The notes beneath the pieces are model-generated. The model did not search any database. It worked only from the letters and a program-made list of their open reading frames with translations, and was not told the origin of the DNA. Positions 52,134-55,054 of a stretch of 55,054 bases of DNA are shown one piece after another. Origin of the DNA: Meyerozyma guilliermondii (lineage: Eukaryota); assembly GCA_051546255.1 (NCBI GenBank), contig CP128818.1, positions 1,302,001 to 1,357,054 of the forward strand. Reading direction: 5' to 3'. Each line of letters opens with the position of its first letter. The stretch's first letter is position 1. Position numbers and translations under genes: made by a program.

Positions 52134-54208
52134 ATGAACCTAGATACTTTACCACGTGGAATCGTCACCCGTTGCTTTTCTTACTTGAGTGCTGAACTTC
52201 TCACCAACATAATATTATTGGAGAGCATTCCTGATAATATCGTCCAAGCTGCAGCTGAAAACCTTTATAATTTATGGTATTCAGATCGAATTCGAGGGTT
52301 CGAAAGGGAAATGGTTGAATGTTCTGACGCCAAAGCATACTATGAAACTGATTTCGACCGGTTCTTACGAATACACAAAACTCTTGCAAAAAAGTCATTC
52401 AAATGTCCTCTATTATTCCATTATACATGGAACAATATTTTTGAAATGCACCAAGACCTTGATGAAATATATCCGGTTTACAACGGCCAGAAATTAGGCA
52501 TCCATGCTGACATCGAAGACGAAGCGTTTCAAATCTATCCTATTTTTCCAAGTTCTGATATCAATCTCAAGACTAATTACCTTTCATTGAGGGATTTTTC
52601 GGAATGTTGTATCGATTTGAACAAATTCCCAAAGTTGGAGACTTTTTATGGCTCTTATTGCGAAATAAGTGTTGACCACGATCATCCCAGTTTGAAGTAC
52701 CTATATCTCAACGGGGGATCTTTCAGATCATTACCAATTAATTTGATAGAGTTAGTAGCAAAAAGTTCCTGGATAGAGATAGACGAAGTCCATCCAAAGC
52801 TAGAAGCTCTCAAAGTGTTGATTCTAGAAGAGATTTCACGTCGTTTGGGTTGGTTCTCGCTACTACGACTACTCTGGAATGAAAACTTGGAAACTTTTTC
52901 GTGTATCGCTCGAGATGAAGATGAAAGTCGAATAGAGTATGAAATTTTCTCATTGCTCGGCCCCAAAATGACATATCTTGGATTTTCTGGTTCAATTTCG
53001 CCTAGAGTTCCCAGGCTGCTACGTTCATTATATTCCGTGAATGGTGAAAGCCTCGAAAATTTGACTGCTTTTACCCATATGAGTTCCCTTACATTATTGA
53101 AGCCAACAGACATCAACAGTTGTAAACTACCGCCCAACTTGCTCAGCCTTACGTTGCATTCTCCAAAAGGTGAGATCGACAAACTAAAATTACCGCTCAA
53201 CTTGCTTAAGCTCTCAATCAAATCTGCTAAATTTAAAGACTTGGCCAGAGTTGAATTCCCCTCCAAATTAGTTGACCTCGAATTGAAGCTGTGTGACATT
53301 ACACGGACGGTCGGCTGGTTACAACCAGCCCGATTGAGGCGACTTTCTCTTGAACACAATGAGCTTTCATCTTTCAGAGCTTTTCTTCCTTGCTGTGAAT
53401 ACTTGTGCTTGAGCTACAATTCTTTGACGGAAGTTGAATTCGAAGCTCCCATTCTTGAACATATTAACTTGGCTACAAATAAGTTGACTTCAATTCCCAA
53501 ACTTCCAGCTCGCCTTCAAGTACTTATTCTCAGTAACAATAGGTTAGATCTCTCCCAGATGTCCGAATTACCTTCCAATTTGAAGGTTGCAGACCTCCTG
53601 GGAGACTTCGAAAGACCTGGAACTGGAGTTCTAAAAAACTACACATTCCCATCATCAATTCAAGAACTCGATCTTTCAGAGCTAGACTTGTCGCGTATGA
53701 GTGGGGTCAAATTTGCCAAAGGGTCAAGGTTGAAGCAATTGGACATGAGCTATTGCAATTTAAAAATAGTCAGCGACAGGATGATCGAGCTACCACTCGG
53801 CTTGAAATCACTAGAATTGCATGACAACCGCTTGGAAAACATCAGTAAGCTCACCATTCCCCAAACGGTTACTTCTTTAGACTTGAATTTCAACAACTTT
53901 GAAAGGTTGAAAATCAAGTCCCATATTGAGTCACTAAAGCTTTGTTATAATTCTAGATATCAAGGCTTACGATACCAAAGAAGCTGGAGCTAAAGTTTCT
54001 CGATCTCACACTGACTGGATTTAAGAAATTTTCGTTTGATATAATTGGAGCTCAAGGACTCTCGCAACTACGTCTAGGACATGGGATGGAAGAGATTGAC
54101 GTTTCAAGGATGCCAGTCACTTTTCGATTATTGGAATATCCTGGGACCCATGAAATCGAAGGACTCCACAGGTATCCTAAAACAAACCTTTGGAGACCTT
54201 TGCTGTGA
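52134..54208 (+). pseudogene. F-box-like + leucine-rich-repeat protein, copy 2, with 1-nt frameshift at ~53958
   Basis: Colinear paralog of 43750-45824. After ...CYNSR the homologous C-terminus (SRLTIPKK.ELKFLDL...FSFDIIGA...QLRLG...HEIEGLHRYP) continues in another frame to TGA at 54206-54208. Confidence 0.82.
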
Positions 54209-54650
54209 GTTTCAGATCGCGAGAAGAACTGCTATAATATCAGCCTCAAATATGCAAGGAGCTGCCGTGGTGAGATTCAACACTTTCCCGGCTCAAAGCT
54301 GGAAATATTTTCCTGCCGTGGTCAGGAATCCATGATGTTGTCTAAATCATAGATAACAACCGATTTTATATATAATGGCAAAATAATTGCAAGTACCATT
54401 ACCTTCTTCAGGCAAATATACTAGCTATATCATCTAATCAAATTTGCAGCCATTTTGGTGCGGCGCTTGACACATCGTAACAGGCAAAAATATACAGGTA
54501 AAGATTCACGGTTATTTGACAGATTTTATCCAAGTGGTGAATCGGTTTGAAATCTCTGCTTTAATGGAATCAAGGGTGCTTAATAATATGCATGGAAGGA
54601 CCGGAAGTCAGAAGATATACGCTATCTCCGACGCGGAAGCGCAATTGACA

Positions 54651-55053
54651 GTGTACTGGTGTACTGGTGTACTGGTGTACTGGTGTACTGGTGTACTGGT
54701 GTACTGGTGTACTGGTGTACTGGTGTACTGGTGTACTGGTGTACTGGTGTACTGGTGTACTGGTGTACTGGTGTACTGGTGTACTGGTGTACTGGTGTAC
54801 TGGTGTACTGGTGTACTGGTGTACTGGTGTACTGGTGTACTGGTGTACTGGTGTACTGGTGTACTGGTGTACTGGTGTACTGGTGTACTGGTGTACTGGT
54901 GTACTGGTGTACTGGTGTACTGGTGTACTGGTGTACTGGTGTACTGGTGTACTGGTGTACTGGTGTACTGGTGTACTGGTGTACTGGTGTACTGGTGTAC
55001 TGGTGTACTGGTGTACTGGTGTACTGGTGTACTGGTGTACTGGTGTACTGGTG
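54651..55053 (+). repeat. Telomeric repeat array (ACTGGTGT)n, ~50 perfect copies; chromosome end with G-rich strand on +
   Basis: Perfect 8-bp tandem array running to the window end; ACTGGTGT is the reported telomere unit of Meyerozyma (Candida) guilliermondii. Confidence 0.97.
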
Positions 55054-55054
55054 A

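Noticed and set aside
54651..55053. CRISPR-like or minisatellite array
   Set aside because: No spacers; eukaryotic context; it is the telomere.
54659..55054. 131-aa ORF (YWCTGVLV)n
   Set aside because: Translation of the telomeric repeat, not a gene.

Overview
Eukaryotic (budding-yeast) DNA: the last ~55 kb of a chromosome arm, ending in ~50 copies of the 8-bp telomere repeat (ACTGGTGT)n at 54651-55053. That repeat and CTG codons that read better as Ser point to the CUG-Ser clade, probably the Meyerozyma guilliermondii complex, so CTG-encoded Leu in the ORF track should read Ser. After the 3' end of the housekeeping gene SYS1 come ~28 mostly nutrient-scavenging genes. These include six Zn2Cys6 regulators (two with short introns missed by the ORF track), seven transporters and their partner enzymes. 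Several are arranged as repeated TF-> <-gene / gene-> triads (PcaB-like lyase, DUF1593, M20 amidohydrolase, GH172/DUF2961). There are two F-box-like/LRR paralogs, and three genes carry single-base frameshifts. The most notable non-obvious signals are (1) a telomerase-RNA-like locus at ~12400-13220, with an 11-nt template matching this window's own telomere, a pseudoknot-capable core, a three-way junction and an Sm-like site; (2) an intergenic motif TTT(C)GCAGCCA found 10 times, always on the + strand regardless of gene orientation; (3) a MAL-like cluster built around a GH172 enzyme and bracketed by the two LRR paralogs.
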